Assembly (NCBI GenBank): GCA_026387355.1 | Contig: JAPLLW010000011.1 | Location: forward strand, 9,504-73,503 | Reading direction: 5' to 3' | DNA: 64,000 bases | Source of the DNA: Candidatus Omnitrophota bacterium | Lineage (GTDB): Bacteria > Omnitrophota > Gorgyraeia > Gygaellales > Profunditerraquicolaceae | In this document: piece by piece, positions 38,247 to 47,537 of the stretch | Layout: each line of letters opens with the position of its first letter | Position numbering within the stretch: position 1 is the first letter of the stretch | Notes under the pieces: model-generated | Told to the model about the DNA's origin: nothing | Databases searched by the model: none | Seen by the model: the letters and a program-made list of their open reading frames with translations, nothing else | Made by a program: the position numbers and the translations under genes

Positions 38247-38610
38247 GCTTTTTTATCTTATTCCAGTTAGCGATAATCTGACGCGTAGACTTTACCCTTA
38301 ACCCGCCAAAAACGTGCGGATGCCTTCTCTTGATCTTTTTAATCAAACCGTCAATAACATCTTCTATGTCAAACTCACCCTCTTTAGAAGCAATCTGGGC
38401 ATTAAACATAACGTGCAATAATATATCACCTAACTCTTCCTTCATATGCTGCTGGTTATTACTTTTTACAGCATGGATAAACTCTTCTACCTCTTCCCGT
38501 AAATCCTTAATCAGACTCTTATGCGTCTGCTTTCTATCCCACATACACCCTTTTGGACTATGTAGAATTTTGTATATTTCTTTTAGCTCATTAAACTTGG
38601 TTTTTTTCAT
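38221..38610 (-). CDS. mazG: Single-domain MazG nucleotide pyrophosphohydrolase
   Basis: GCMWDRKQTH, EELGDILL, KIKRRHPHVF. Confidence 0.88.
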   Translation of the reverse strand: MKKTKFNELKEIYKILHSPKGCMWDRKQTHKSLIKDLREEVEEFIHAVKSNNQQHMKEELGDILLHVMFNAQIASKEGEFDIEDVIDGLIKKIKRRHPHVFGGLRVKSTRQIIANWNKIKKHEKKNAGI

Positions 38611-39029
38611 TATAATAATTGAATCTTTGTCAGATTATATGTAGGATTTTCATCATCGACGATTGAATCAAGATTTCCGCTAATCAAGCAACCTCTGACT
38701 ATTGATCCATTGCTATCCATAAGAAAAGTAGGGCTCATTTCTACGCTCACGGTTATCGTTTTACCGACCTTATAGACTTTTTGACAGTCGATATCTAAAC
38801 TATAGGCTTCTTTAATTACAGAACCAATCTTTTTAATCTGAATCATCATATCTAAATAGGTAACATCTCCAAATGAACCATCGAATTGCATAACCTGCTC
38901 ATGCCTTTCTTTAACGGAGATTACTCTAGCAGTTATTTCTACTATGCAACGATTGGAGACAACCGCAGCATACGAATTAATAAATAAGAAAATAGATATT
39001 ACAAATAAAGCTAGCCGTTTATAATTCAT
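38610..39029 (-). CDS. Hypothetical exported protein
   Basis: Signal peptide (SYA cleavage), two Cys; GGAG RBS. Confidence 0.6.
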   Translation of the reverse strand: MNYKRLALFVISIFLFINSYAAVVSNRCIVEITARVISVKERHEQVMQFDGSFGDVTYLDMMIQIKKIGSVIKEAYSLDIDCQKVYKVGKTITVSVEMSPTFLMDSNGSIVRGCLISGNLDSIVDDENPTYNLTKIQLL

Positions 39030-39040
39030 TTGTAAGCTCC

Positions 39041-39955
39041 TTAGCTAAATGTTTTGCTATTTAAGTACTTAAATATATTCAAACACGCCTTTGAGCCTTC
39101 ACCTGCAGCAATAATAATTTGCTTCTCCGGGACATCAGTTACATCCCCCGCAGCAAAAATACCAGCTAGATTAGTCTGATTATGAGCGTTTATTTTGATC
39201 TCTCCTTGAATATTCCTTTCAACGTCTTTCACAAAATCCGCATTTGGAATTAACCCGATCTCTACAAATATACCCTGAAGCGAGATGATCTCCTCTGTGC
39301 CATCGCGTTTTATCTTAATAGCATTAACAAACTTGTCTCCTAAGACAGCAGTTACTTTAGTATCGTTAAAAATACTTACTCTTTTCGAGTCTTCTAACTT
39401 CTTACGCATAATTGCGTCGCCATTAAGCTTAGGTGTATTATTTATGATATAAACTTTCTCTGCAATCTTTACTAATTGCAATCCTGCATCCAAAGCGGAA
39501 TTTCCTCCTCCAATAACTGCAACGACTTTCCCGCTAAAAAGCGGTCCGTCGCAGGTTGCGCAATAGGTAAGCCCTTTATTCTTGAATTCTTTTTCTCCCG
39601 AAACACCCAACTCCCTTGAGCGCTTGCCTGAAGCAATAATAACTGCCCTTGCTTGATAATCACCCTTAACTGTCTTGACCGAAATAATCTCACCGGACTT
39701 TTTTATCTCCAAAACTTCTTCTTTCTCTTTAAGGCTAGTATTATATTTACGCATATGCTCTTCAAATTTCTGCGTAAGCTGCGGCCCGGTAATGAATTGG
39801 TAACCCGTATAATTCTCGATATCTCCGCTCCAGGCAGCCTGGCCTCCGATATCCTGCGTTATAACCAGAAAATCCATCTGTTTACGCGCAGCATAAACGC
39901 TGGCAGTAATCCCTGCCGGCCCGGCACCAATAATTATAAGATCGTAAATCTTCAT
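39041..39955 (-). CDS. trxB: Thioredoxin reductase-like FAD oxidoreductase
   Basis: GAGPAG, CATCDG, GGGNSA, FAAGD; start MKIYD at 39955. Confidence 0.9.
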   Translation of the reverse strand: MKIYDLIIIGAGPAGITASVYAARKQMDFLVITQDIGGQAAWSGDIENYTGYQFITGPQLTQKFEEHMRKYNTSLKEKEEVLEIKKSGEIISVKTVKGDYQARAVIIASGKRSRELGVSGEKEFKNKGLTYCATCDGPLFSGKVVAVIGGGNSALDAGLQLVKIAEKVYIINNTPKLNGDAIMRKKLEDSKRVSIFNDTKVTAVLGDKFVNAIKIKRDGTEEIISLQGIFVEIGLIPNADFVKDVERNIQGEIKINAHNQTNLAGIFAAGDVTDVPEKQIIIAAGEGSKACLNIFKYLNSKTFS

Positions 39956-39989
39956 ACCTTGAGCACCCAATTAATAGTTATCTTGTCGT

Positions 39990-40030
39990 GGGACAGTCCC
40001 CTTATGAACCTTCGCATATAGGACAGTCCC
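39990..40030. repeat. Pair of GGACAGTCCC short palindromic repeats
   Basis: GGACAGTCCC at 39991-40000 and 40021-40030 (GGGAC-A-GTCCC is self-complementary). Confidence 0.6.
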
Positions 40031-40045
40031 TACTGGCGACGCTGG

Positions 40046-40291
40046 TTATAACCCCAAAGAAGATTTAATCTTCTCCTTGTCAAATCCAACGATAATTTCA
40101 CCTTCGATATCAATCACCGGAACACCCATCTGCCCGGTCTTCTTAATCATCTCTTCGGCCCTTACTTGGTCGGTTCCAACATCGTAATCCTCAAAAACAA
40201 TATTACTATCTTTCAAGAACTGCTTAACCCTAATACACCAGGGACAAGTCGGGGTACTATAGACTCTTACGCTTTTAGCCATATAAACCAT
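40046..40291 (-). CDS. Glutaredoxin-like protein (NrdH/YruB type)
   Basis: YSTPTCPWC, GQMGVPVI, IVGFD. Confidence 0.9.
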   Translation of the reverse strand: MVYMAKSVRVYSTPTCPWCIRVKQFLKDSNIVFEDYDVGTDQVRAEEMIKKTGQMGVPVIDIEGEIIVGFDKEKIKSSLGL

Positions 40292-40320
40292 CCTTTCTAA
40301 TAAAGCTATTCTTAATATTA

Positions 40321-40782
40321 TTATCTAAGATTATAAGGCGCTAGATCAACTACCTCTTGCACTTCAAATAAAATAAGGTATTTTGGCTTAGGGAGCGAGA
40401 CCTCCGGGTGAGGCGAATTGACTTTTTCTTCACGCAGATTCTTTAATAGCCTTTGGGTAGCCCTATTAGTAATCCTCTCTTCCCAAGACTTAAGCACTTC
40501 CGGGGTCATCTCTTTTTCAGAGAGAGAACTTGCCTTACCCTTAAGACAATACCCGATAAACTTATGTTCGTTAAAAGCAGTGATACTAGCCAAAGAGCTT
40601 CTTTTTAAATTCTCAAAGGTTTTCCCATGATAAACATCCAACAGATAAATCTTACCCTCTCTATCTATCTTAATAATATCTTTACAGGCACTATGCGGGA
40701 AACCTAGTGCATCAATAGTAGCTAAAATTACGCATCCCTGGCTTTCAAAAAACCTGATTACCGATTCAGTTAACTTAACCAT
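40321..40782 (-). CDS. Pyridoxamine 5'-phosphate oxidase-like FMN-binding protein
   Basis: LATID-x-x-G-x-PH, KTFENL, GYCLKGKA. Confidence 0.8.
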   Translation of the reverse strand: MVKLTESVIRFFESQGCVILATIDALGFPHSACKDIIKIDREGKIYLLDVYHGKTFENLKRSSLASITAFNEHKFIGYCLKGKASSLSEKEMTPEVLKSWEERITNRATQRLLKNLREEKVNSPHPEVSLPKPKYLILFEVQEVVDLAPYNLR

Positions 40783-41965
40783 TTATTCTTCTCGCAAAAT
40801 CCTTTCCAAACTCAAAGCAACGCTGCATTTCATCTTTATCTGGAAGATACTTGAAGGCTATTCCGGGTTGAGCAACTTCTATGCCAGCCTTAATAACCAC
40901 TTCTTCCATCTCTTTAACCGAACCTCCTGCCCAGCCAAAAGAACCAAAACAGCTAGCTACCCTGTTTTTAGCAGCCAGGCCTTTTACAAATTCCAGAAAT
41001 CCTGCCATTGTCGGAAGCATTCCGTTATCATGAGTAGAAGAACCGAATATAAAACCTTTTGCATCAAGCATCTCTTTAATTACGTCGGTGCGATCAGCTT
41101 GATTAACGTCAAAAAACTTTACACTTACCCCGCTCTCGCTTAAGCCAGAGATTATCTGCCGAGCCATCTTTTCGGTTGCACCCCACATTGTCTCATAAAC
41201 TACAACTACCTTAGGTTTAGTTTCGTTCTTAGCCCAACTTAGATATTTATTTACTATTTGTAACGGATCTTTCCTCCAGATTAACCCGTGGCTAGGAGCA
41301 ATTATTTTTATTTCGATATTCATCTTCAAAACATCCGCAATCTTCTTCTCAATAAGTGAGCCCAGCGGCCAGAGTATATTTGCATAATATTTTGCTGCTT
41401 CATCCCATAAGGCGCATTGATCAACTTCGTCAGCAAAACGTTCCGAACTAGCCAAGTGCTGACCGAATGCGTCATTGGGCATAAGTAAAGACTCTTCGGG
41501 ACAATAGGTAAACATACTATCCGGCCAATGAATCATGGGAGCCTCTATAAAAGTAAGGCTACGCTTACCCAGTTTTAAAATATCACCGGTCTTAACTACC
41601 TGAGAATCCCAGTTAACGTAGTAATTTTTATATAAACCATCCTTGCATTTTGCCGTCCCCAAAATCTTTGCCTTCGGGCATAACCTCATTAACTCAGGCA
41701 GAGCCCCTGAATGGTCTGTTTCTACGTGATTTGCAATTATATAATCAATCTTTTCAAGTGGAGTAATCGCTTTAATATTCTCTATTAACTCATCCGAAAA
41801 AGAACCAAGCACCGTATCCACCAAAACAATCTTTTCATCAATAATTAAATATGCATTATAAGTTGTACCCCTTTTAGTAGTATAGGTATGCCCGTGAAAA
41901 CTACGCACATTCCAATCAACTACACCGACAGAATATATCCCGGGCAATAGTTTCGTAGCTGGCAT
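40775..41965 (-). CDS. fprA: Flavodiiron protein (O2/NO reductase)
   Basis: GTTYNAY, NHVETDHSG, HWPDSM, DAFGQH, PSHG and C-terminal flavodoxin domain. Confidence 0.93.
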   Translation of the reverse strand: MPATKLLPGIYSVGVVDWNVRSFHGHTYTTKRGTTYNAYLIIDEKIVLVDTVLGSFSDELIENIKAITPLEKIDYIIANHVETDHSGALPELMRLCPKAKILGTAKCKDGLYKNYYVNWDSQVVKTGDILKLGKRSLTFIEAPMIHWPDSMFTYCPEESLLMPNDAFGQHLASSERFADEVDQCALWDEAAKYYANILWPLGSLIEKKIADVLKMNIEIKIIAPSHGLIWRKDPLQIVNKYLSWAKNETKPKVVVVYETMWGATEKMARQIISGLSESGVSVKFFDVNQADRTDVIKEMLDAKGFIFGSSTHDNGMLPTMAGFLEFVKGLAAKNRVASCFGSFGWAGGSVKEMEEVVIKAGIEVAQPGIAFKYLPDKDEMQRCFEFGKDFARRING

Positions 41966-41973
41966 AAATCCTC

Positions 41974-42678
41974 CTAATATCCCTGAAAGTTTTCAGTAAT
42001 AATATTATCTTTTGCTAAACTTAATTCCTCAGCCAACATCTTCCTCATCGCCTCAACCATTGGAGGCGGGCCGCACAAATAAAATTTTCTTTCCAAATAA
42101 TCCTTAATTTCACTCTTAATCAACTGGGCATTAATTAAACCGGGCAGACATTTAAAAGACGGATCAGGCTCACAAAGAACGTGGATTACCCTTAATTTCT
42201 GATATGCTTTCTGCATAGCGTCAAAATCTTCTTTAAACACAATGTCTTTAATAGAACGGTTGGCATAAACTAAGACTATATCCGTACCCAGATTCTTATC
42301 CACGACGAATTTAGCCATACTCCTTAAAGGGGTTATGCCAATGCCTCCGGATAAGAAAACCAACTTCTCTCTCGACTCCCCTAAAGTAAACTTACCCATC
42401 GGATATTGAATTCTCACATTATCTTCGGGCTTAAGCTCATCAAGTGCTTTCGAGAAATCACTAGCGGTAATTCTCTTAGTAAATTCCAGATAAGCGCCTT
42501 CTGTAGGAGAGCTTGATATTGAAAGATACCTTTTTAGAGCGGGGTTATTTAAAAGGGTGACCGAGAGAAACTGGCCAGCCTTAAAATCAATAACACTATC
42601 GATCTTAAGACGAACGCTTTTAACATTATAGGTTCTCTGAATAACTTCACTTATTCTAGCTTCTAATTCAAGTGCCAT
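41974..42678 (-). CDS. FNR-like FAD/NAD(P)H oxidoreductase
   Basis: FKAGQF, RYLSISSSP, GGIGITP, YLCGPPPM, ENF. Confidence 0.88.
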   Translation of the reverse strand: MALELEARISEVIQRTYNVKSVRLKIDSVIDFKAGQFLSVTLLNNPALKRYLSISSSPTEGAYLEFTKRITASDFSKALDELKPEDNVRIQYPMGKFTLGESREKLVFLSGGIGITPLRSMAKFVVDKNLGTDIVLVYANRSIKDIVFKEDFDAMQKAYQKLRVIHVLCEPDPSFKCLPGLINAQLIKSEIKDYLERKFYLCGPPPMVEAMRKMLAEELSLAKDNIITENFQGY

Positions 42679-43530
42679 CTAAACACCTAATTCGTCGATT
42701 ATCTTAGCCATAATAAAATCGTTTTCAGTGAGCCCTAAAGCTGCATGCGTACTAAGCGTAACTTTTAATTTATTAAAAGTTAGTGTCAAGGTCGGATGAT
42801 GCCCTTGATCCTGGGCGATAATTGAGATTAAATCTAGGAAAAATTTTGCCTCAACAAAATCAGCAAACTTAAACTCTTTAACTATTTTTCTATCTTCAAC
42901 TAATTCCCAGCCACGGCTAAGCGCAAGCAATCTCTCTAATTTTTCCTTAGAAATTGGCGCGATTTCTCCTTCACAAGGTTTACAGTGCAAAGACAGATCT
43001 TCCTTGAGCGTTAACGCAGGGCTCTTAATAACCTCCCCCAGATTCCTTAAAACATCCTCGTAATTTAAGGCGTGGGTTAATTCCGGGGCAATCTGGATGT
43101 ATCTTAAAATATTATTTTTATCTAAAATAAGCGCTGCCCTAGCTAGAAGTTTCAACTCTTTAATCAACAAACCATAATTTATCCCAAAAGAGGAAAATCG
43201 GTAATCTGAGAGTACCATTTCATTCTTAATTTCGTTTAAAGAACAAAATCGGCTTTGCGCAAAAGGTAGGTCATCACTTATCCCTAAGACTACGATATCA
43301 CTAGAAAGCTGGGCTATCTTTTTATTAAATTCCTTAACCTGCAGGTCACAGATAGGAGTATCTAAAGACGGGAAAGAACTAATTACCTTAATCTTGGCTT
43401 TAAAATCCGATAAACTTACTTCCTTTAGGCTATTAGAAATAACCTTAAAATCCGGAGCAATACTACCAAGACTGATTCGCCTTCCTACTAAAGTAAGCGG
43501 GTTTCCTTGAAAAGCTATTTTTAGCGGCAT
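42679..43530 (-). CDS. tpx: Thiol peroxidase Tpx fused to a pterin-4a-carbinolamine dehydratase domain
   Basis: PSLDTPICDLQ and SDDLPFAQSRFC (Tpx); C-terminal CKPCEG...W...F-x-F-x-DF...HHP...STH...GLTENDFIMA (PCD/PhhB). Confidence 0.85.
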   Translation of the reverse strand: MPLKIAFQGNPLTLVGRRISLGSIAPDFKVISNSLKEVSLSDFKAKIKVISSFPSLDTPICDLQVKEFNKKIAQLSSDIVVLGISDDLPFAQSRFCSLNEIKNEMVLSDYRFSSFGINYGLLIKELKLLARAALILDKNNILRYIQIAPELTHALNYEDVLRNLGEVIKSPALTLKEDLSLHCKPCEGEIAPISKEKLERLLALSRGWELVEDRKIVKEFKFADFVEAKFFLDLISIIAQDQGHHPTLTLTFNKLKVTLSTHAALGLTENDFIMAKIIDELGV

Positions 43531-43542
43531 AAACTTACACCT

Positions 43543-43701
43543 TTAAATCTTCTCAAACATATCCTTGCCTACTCCGCAATCAGGACAGACCCAATCAACG
43601 GGAAGCTTATCAAAAGGCGTACCAGCAGGGATTCCGCCGACTGAATCACCTATAGCAGGGTCATAAATATAACCACAAACAGTACACTTATATTTATCCA
43701 T
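43543..43701 (-). CDS. Rubredoxin (not in ORF track)
   Basis: [52 protein letters not shown]; GAGGAG RBS. Confidence 0.95.
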   Translation of the reverse strand: MDKYKCTVCGYIYDPAIGDSVGGIPAGTPFDKLPVDWVCPDCGVGKDMFEKI

Positions 43702-43728
43702 TTAAATTCTCCTCTTATGAATAACAAA

Positions 43729-44130
43729 CTATTCTGCCTTGTAAATTACCCCTTTGTTACCGGCGCAACCTAACTTATCCTGATTAACATCCTTATCTTT
43801 AACGATAGCTTGCTTAGCCATAGGCGGAGTCTGTTCTCTAACCATGTCTCTTTTACTATCCATATTCTTATACATCTTATGGTGACCTGCCTTCATTCCC
43901 ATCATAGGACATGGAGGCCTCATTAAAGGCTTACCCGTCACTATATGAAAGATCCCGCATGATAAAACTAAACCCGCAGAAATCCATAACATAACCGCTA
44001 CAGCAAAACCAAAAAGTTTCAACTCTTTTTGCTCTACCTTGCGTAGCGCAAATAAAACAAAAAAACTTATGGTTAATAATACTGAACAAGGTATTACTGC
44101 AAATACACCTAATAATCTATGCATACCCAT
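43729..44130 (-). CDS. Hypothetical two-TM protein with Met/His-rich tail
   Basis: Two hydrophobic segments then PPCPMMGMKAGHHKM; GAGGAGG RBS. Confidence 0.65.
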   Translation of the reverse strand: MGMHRLLGVFAVIPCSVLLTISFFVLFALRKVEQKELKLFGFAVAVMLWISAGLVLSCGIFHIVTGKPLMRPPCPMMGMKAGHHKMYKNMDSKRDMVREQTPPMAKQAIVKDKDVNQDKLGCAGNKGVIYKAE

Positions 44131-44145
44131 ATTTACCTCCTCAAA

Positions 44146-44634
44146 TTAGCCTTCTCTTTTACCTAATTCCCTATCTAACATAATTAAAGCCGCAGAATCC
44201 GGCTTGATTATTTTCAAGGTGTCCAAGATCGCCGAAGCATTCTTTTCTTCTTCAACCTGCTCGGTGATAAACCACTGCAGAAATATTTCAGCTGCCTTAT
44301 CATCGACTTTTTTAGCTAAATCACTTAAAGACTCGATGAGTGACGTAACTTTCTTTTCATGCTTTAAGGTCTCCACGAACAACTCCTGGACAGAAGCAAA
44401 ATCAAAGGCCGGCTCAGGGATGGCCTGCAGATGCACGCGCGCACCCTTATCATGCAGGAATTCAAACATCTTCATCCCGTGAGATATCTCTTCCTTGTAT
44501 TGGACCTTAAACCACTTAGCAAAACCCGGAAGATTATTGCTTTCGGCAAAAGCTGCCATTGCTAAATAAAGATACCCCGAATAAAATTCATTCTTGATCT
44601 GATCGTTAAATGCCTTCTCTAATTTCTTATCCAT
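44146..44634 (-). CDS. ftnA: Non-heme ferritin
   Basis: NDQIKNEFYSGYLY, EEISH, HEKKVT, LQWFITEQVEEE. Confidence 0.93.
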   Translation of the reverse strand: MDKKLEKAFNDQIKNEFYSGYLYLAMAAFAESNNLPGFAKWFKVQYKEEISHGMKMFEFLHDKGARVHLQAIPEPAFDFASVQELFVETLKHEKKVTSLIESLSDLAKKVDDKAAEIFLQWFITEQVEEEKNASAILDTLKIIKPDSAALIMLDRELGKREG

Positions 44635-44649
44635 AAGACTCCCCTTTCT

Positions 44650-45039
44650 TTATTCAACCTTTAATTCCTTAGTATTCTTCCATATCCCGTGTATATTGCA
44701 ATAAGAAGTGACATAAATTGTCCCACTCTTCTCGGTTTTAAATGACACAGCTACGTTAGGCTCGGAGAAAACAGTACTAGTATTCGGTCCTTGCGTAGAC
44801 TCTCCGTGAGTATTGAGCTCGAAACGCGCCACCTGAAAAGGAAATTTCTCCCCCTCAGCTAAGAAATAAACCTCAATTGATTGAATATGATGCTCGGCAG
44901 TATTAGGGTGAGCTATCTCTTTGCCCACAATAACAGCAACCTTTAAAGACTCTCCTCTTTTAATTTTGTCCGGGGCCTCAATTACCGGAACATGTTTTTC
45001 GGTTTTCCAATCTGCGCTCTGTAATAATCAATCTACCAT
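44650..45039 (-). CDS. sor: Neelaredoxin-type (1Fe) superoxide reductase with an in-frame TGA at codon 4 (possible pseudogene)
   Basis: ATG GTA GAT TGA TTA TTA CAG AGC GCA GAT TGG AAA ACC GAA AAA CAT GTT CCG = MVD*LLQSADWKTEKHVP, in frame with HPNTAEHHI and YCNIHG. Confidence 0.8.
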
Positions 45040-45057
45040 CGCATCCCCCCCTCTTTA

Positions 45058-45096
45058 AAATAACCCCGGCGTCTTTCTTAGAAAAGCGCCGGGATT
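45058..45096 (-). terminator. Intrinsic terminator-like hairpin
   Basis: Minus strand ATCCCGGCG...CGCCGGGGT-TATTTT. Confidence 0.6.
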
Positions 45097-45101
45097 CAAA
45101 A

Positions 45102-45155
45102 CTACTTCTTCTTTGCTTTCTTCTTTTTCTTTGCTCCGCATTTTCCACAACCCAT
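45102..45155 (-). CDS. 17-aa Cys/Lys-rich peptide (not in ORF track)
   Basis: MGCGKCGAKKKKKAKKK* with AGGAGGT RBS 4 nt upstream. Confidence 0.55.
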   Translation of the reverse strand: MGCGKCGAKKKKKAKKK

Positions 45156-45169
45156 ATCCACCTCCTGAT

Positions 45170-46462
45170 TTATTTACTTAAAATTGTTTTTAAGTCTCCA
45201 TCCGGAGTACTGATTAATCTTAAATCAAAACTCTTTTGTAAAACCGAGAATACATTCTTAGAAATAAACGCCGGCGGGGTCGGCCCGACATAAATACCCT
45301 TGATATTAAGATACAACAAAGTGAGCAATATGGCAACTGCTTTTTGCTCAAACCACGATAGAACCATGGTTAAAGGGAGTTCGTTTACTGTACAGTTAAA
45401 TACTTTGCTTAAAGCAAGTGCCACCTGAATTGCAGAATAGGCATTATTACACTGGCCAATATCAATTAGCCGCGGAACCCCATCTATCTCCCCAAAATCC
45501 AGCTTGTTAAAACGGTATTTACCACAGGCAAGCGTAAGGATAACGCAGTCTTTAGGGACTTTTTCCGCAATTTCAGTATAGTAATTCCTACCTGGCTTGG
45601 CACCATCGCAACCGCCGATTAGAAAGAATCTTTTAATCTTTCCTGTCTTAACCAGATTAACAATCTTATCCGCTAAATTTAAGATTGCAGTATGGTGAAA
45701 TCCGGTCAAAATCTTCTTACCCGGAGCCTCTGGCAAAGAAGGTAGGGATTTTGCTTTATCAATCAAAAGCTTGAAATTTCTATCTTTTAAATGCGTAGCC
45801 CCGGGGACACCGGTAATTCCTATTGTAAATAAACGGTCTAAATAGCTATTCTCCGGAGGGATTAATACGCAATTAGTGGTTGCTAGAATAGCGCCACTAA
45901 AATTATTAAACTCGTTTTTTTGCTCCTGCCAAGCTCCTCCATAGTTTCCGACAAGATGCTTGAATTTCTTTAACTCAGGATACCCGTGCGCAGGTAACAT
46001 CTCGCTATGTGTATAAATATTTACGCCTGTGCCTTCGGCCTGCTTCAACAGCTCAAATAAATCCAGTAAATCATGGCCTGTAATCAATATGCCTGGCCCA
46101 GATTTTGTCCCTGTCTCGACAGGAGTTGGAACCGGATTCCCAAAGCTTTCAGTATGGGCCTTGTCTAATAACTCCATAACCTTTAAATTCATCTCTCCGC
46201 ATTTTAATACTTCTTCAAGATGCTGATTAAGGTCAAAACTCACATTTGTAATCGTTTTAAATAGTGCTTCGTGCATAAATGCATCAACCTTTTCATCCCA
46301 GGCGCCAAACTCCCTAGCATGATAGGCGTATGCTGCAATACCTTTTAACCCGAATAATAAAATATCCTGCAGGCTTTGGATATCTTCGTTTTTCCCGCAC
46401 GCACCTACTGATTTTGTACAAGCGCTCCCGCCAATTGTCTGCTCACACTGATAACAAAACAT
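45170..46462 (-). CDS. hcp: Hybrid cluster protein (hydroxylamine/NO reductase), short form
   Basis: MFCYQCEQT...C...CGK, GHDL, YTHSEMLPAHGYP, GGCDG, DIGQCNNAY, SWFEQKA. Confidence 0.93.
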   Translation of the reverse strand: MFCYQCEQTIGGSACTKSVGACGKNEDIQSLQDILLFGLKGIAAYAYHAREFGAWDEKVDAFMHEALFKTITNVSFDLNQHLEEVLKCGEMNLKVMELLDKAHTESFGNPVPTPVETGTKSGPGILITGHDLLDLFELLKQAEGTGVNIYTHSEMLPAHGYPELKKFKHLVGNYGGAWQEQKNEFNNFSGAILATTNCVLIPPENSYLDRLFTIGITGVPGATHLKDRNFKLLIDKAKSLPSLPEAPGKKILTGFHHTAILNLADKIVNLVKTGKIKRFFLIGGCDGAKPGRNYYTEIAEKVPKDCVILTLACGKYRFNKLDFGEIDGVPRLIDIGQCNNAYSAIQVALALSKVFNCTVNELPLTMVLSWFEQKAVAILLTLLYLNIKGIYVGPTPPAFISKNVFSVLQKSFDLRLISTPDGDLKTILSK

Positions 46463-46692
46463 TACTTACCTCCTTTTAACTGCTTCCACTTCTCTTCTCC
46501 GATACATTCTCTTGCCGCTTTACACCAATCTACGCAGGATGGTAAACGACTCCTGCAGATAAAACCCTTACATTTAGGACATTTTACTTTTATCTCATCC
46601 GTAAAGATCTCAGCCGTATAACCGCAATCCGGACACCTAATCGGCTCTGCCTTTATATTACGGTCATCTTGCCCGGGACATTTATTAATCAC
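46462..46692 (-). CDS. Small Cys-rich (zinc-ribbon-like) protein
   Basis: CPGQD, CPDCG, CPKC, SCVDWC..A..C. Confidence 0.75.
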   Translation of the reverse strand: MINKCPGQDDRNIKAEPIRCPDCGYTAEIFTDEIKVKCPKCKGFICRSRLPSCVDWCKAARECIGEEKWKQLKGGK

Positions 46693-47528
46693 TTTAGCCT
46701 CTCTCCCTTGATCCCGATTATTACCTCTTGGAACGGGATCTTCTTACCAGAACCAGCAATCGCTTCTTCAACAACTCCGAGCAAACCAGAACAACAAGGA
46801 ACCTCAATATGGACATAGGTCATAGATTTAAGATTATTATTTTCGATTATCTGTTTAATCTTCTGCTTATAAATATCGATATTGTCGAGTTTCGGACAAC
46901 CAACCAATAAAACCTTCCCCTTAAGCAAATCTTCATGAAAGGAAGGATATGCAAAAGCTACGCAATCCGCTGCAATTAATAAATCGGCATTATTTAGGAA
47001 AGGCGCAAAAGCCGGAACGAGCATTATCTGCACCGGCCAGTTGACTAACTCTGACTCCCTATTTGCTGAAACTTCTTTATTAGTCGTAGTCTGTTTATGC
47101 TTTAAATCCATTATCTTTGAGCCAGGGCAACCACCAGAGATATGCTGATGTGCTCCTATTCCGGCTTGCGCATCAATGGGATTATTAATCCCTTTTTCTT
47201 TTAAATAAGAGAGGGCTTCGTGCAAATATCCCTGCTCATTATGCTCTTTTAGATGATTAAGATGCGCCTTAATCACATTCGCGCCCTGCTTAACAATATT
47301 CTCCATCACCTTTCGCTCGCTGTATTTCTCTGCCTCTCTCTCCTCTATAATAATTGCGCCCTCTGGGCAATGCCCAAGACATGCGCCCAGGCCATCGCAA
47401 AATAAATCACTAATTAGGCGCGCTTTACCATCGATAATCTGGATAGCTCCCTCAGGGCAGTTAGGAATACACAACCCGCAGCCATTACATTTATCCTCTT
47501 CAATCTTAATAATCTTTCGCTTTGACAT
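46689..47528 (-). CDS. 4Fe-4S ferredoxin-domain protein commonly found beside hcp
   Basis: CNGCGLCIPNCPEGA, CDGLGACLGHCP, GCPGS, NWPVQ, AADC, GCPKLD, EVPCC. Confidence 0.85.
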   Translation of the reverse strand: MSKRKIIKIEEDKCNGCGLCIPNCPEGAIQIIDGKARLISDLFCDGLGACLGHCPEGAIIIEEREAEKYSERKVMENIVKQGANVIKAHLNHLKEHNEQGYLHEALSYLKEKGINNPIDAQAGIGAHQHISGGCPGSKIMDLKHKQTTTNKEVSANRESELVNWPVQIMLVPAFAPFLNNADLLIAADCVAFAYPSFHEDLLKGKVLLVGCPKLDNIDIYKQKIKQIIENNNLKSMTYVHIEVPCCSGLLGVVEEAIAGSGKKIPFQEVIIGIKGERLK

Positions 47529-47537
47529 TTACTAAAC

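Noticed and set aside
45028-45030. Selenocysteine or alternative genetic code explanation for the TGA in sor
   Set aside because: TGA is a normal stop for many genes here, the position is non-catalytic, and no convincing SECIS hairpin follows.
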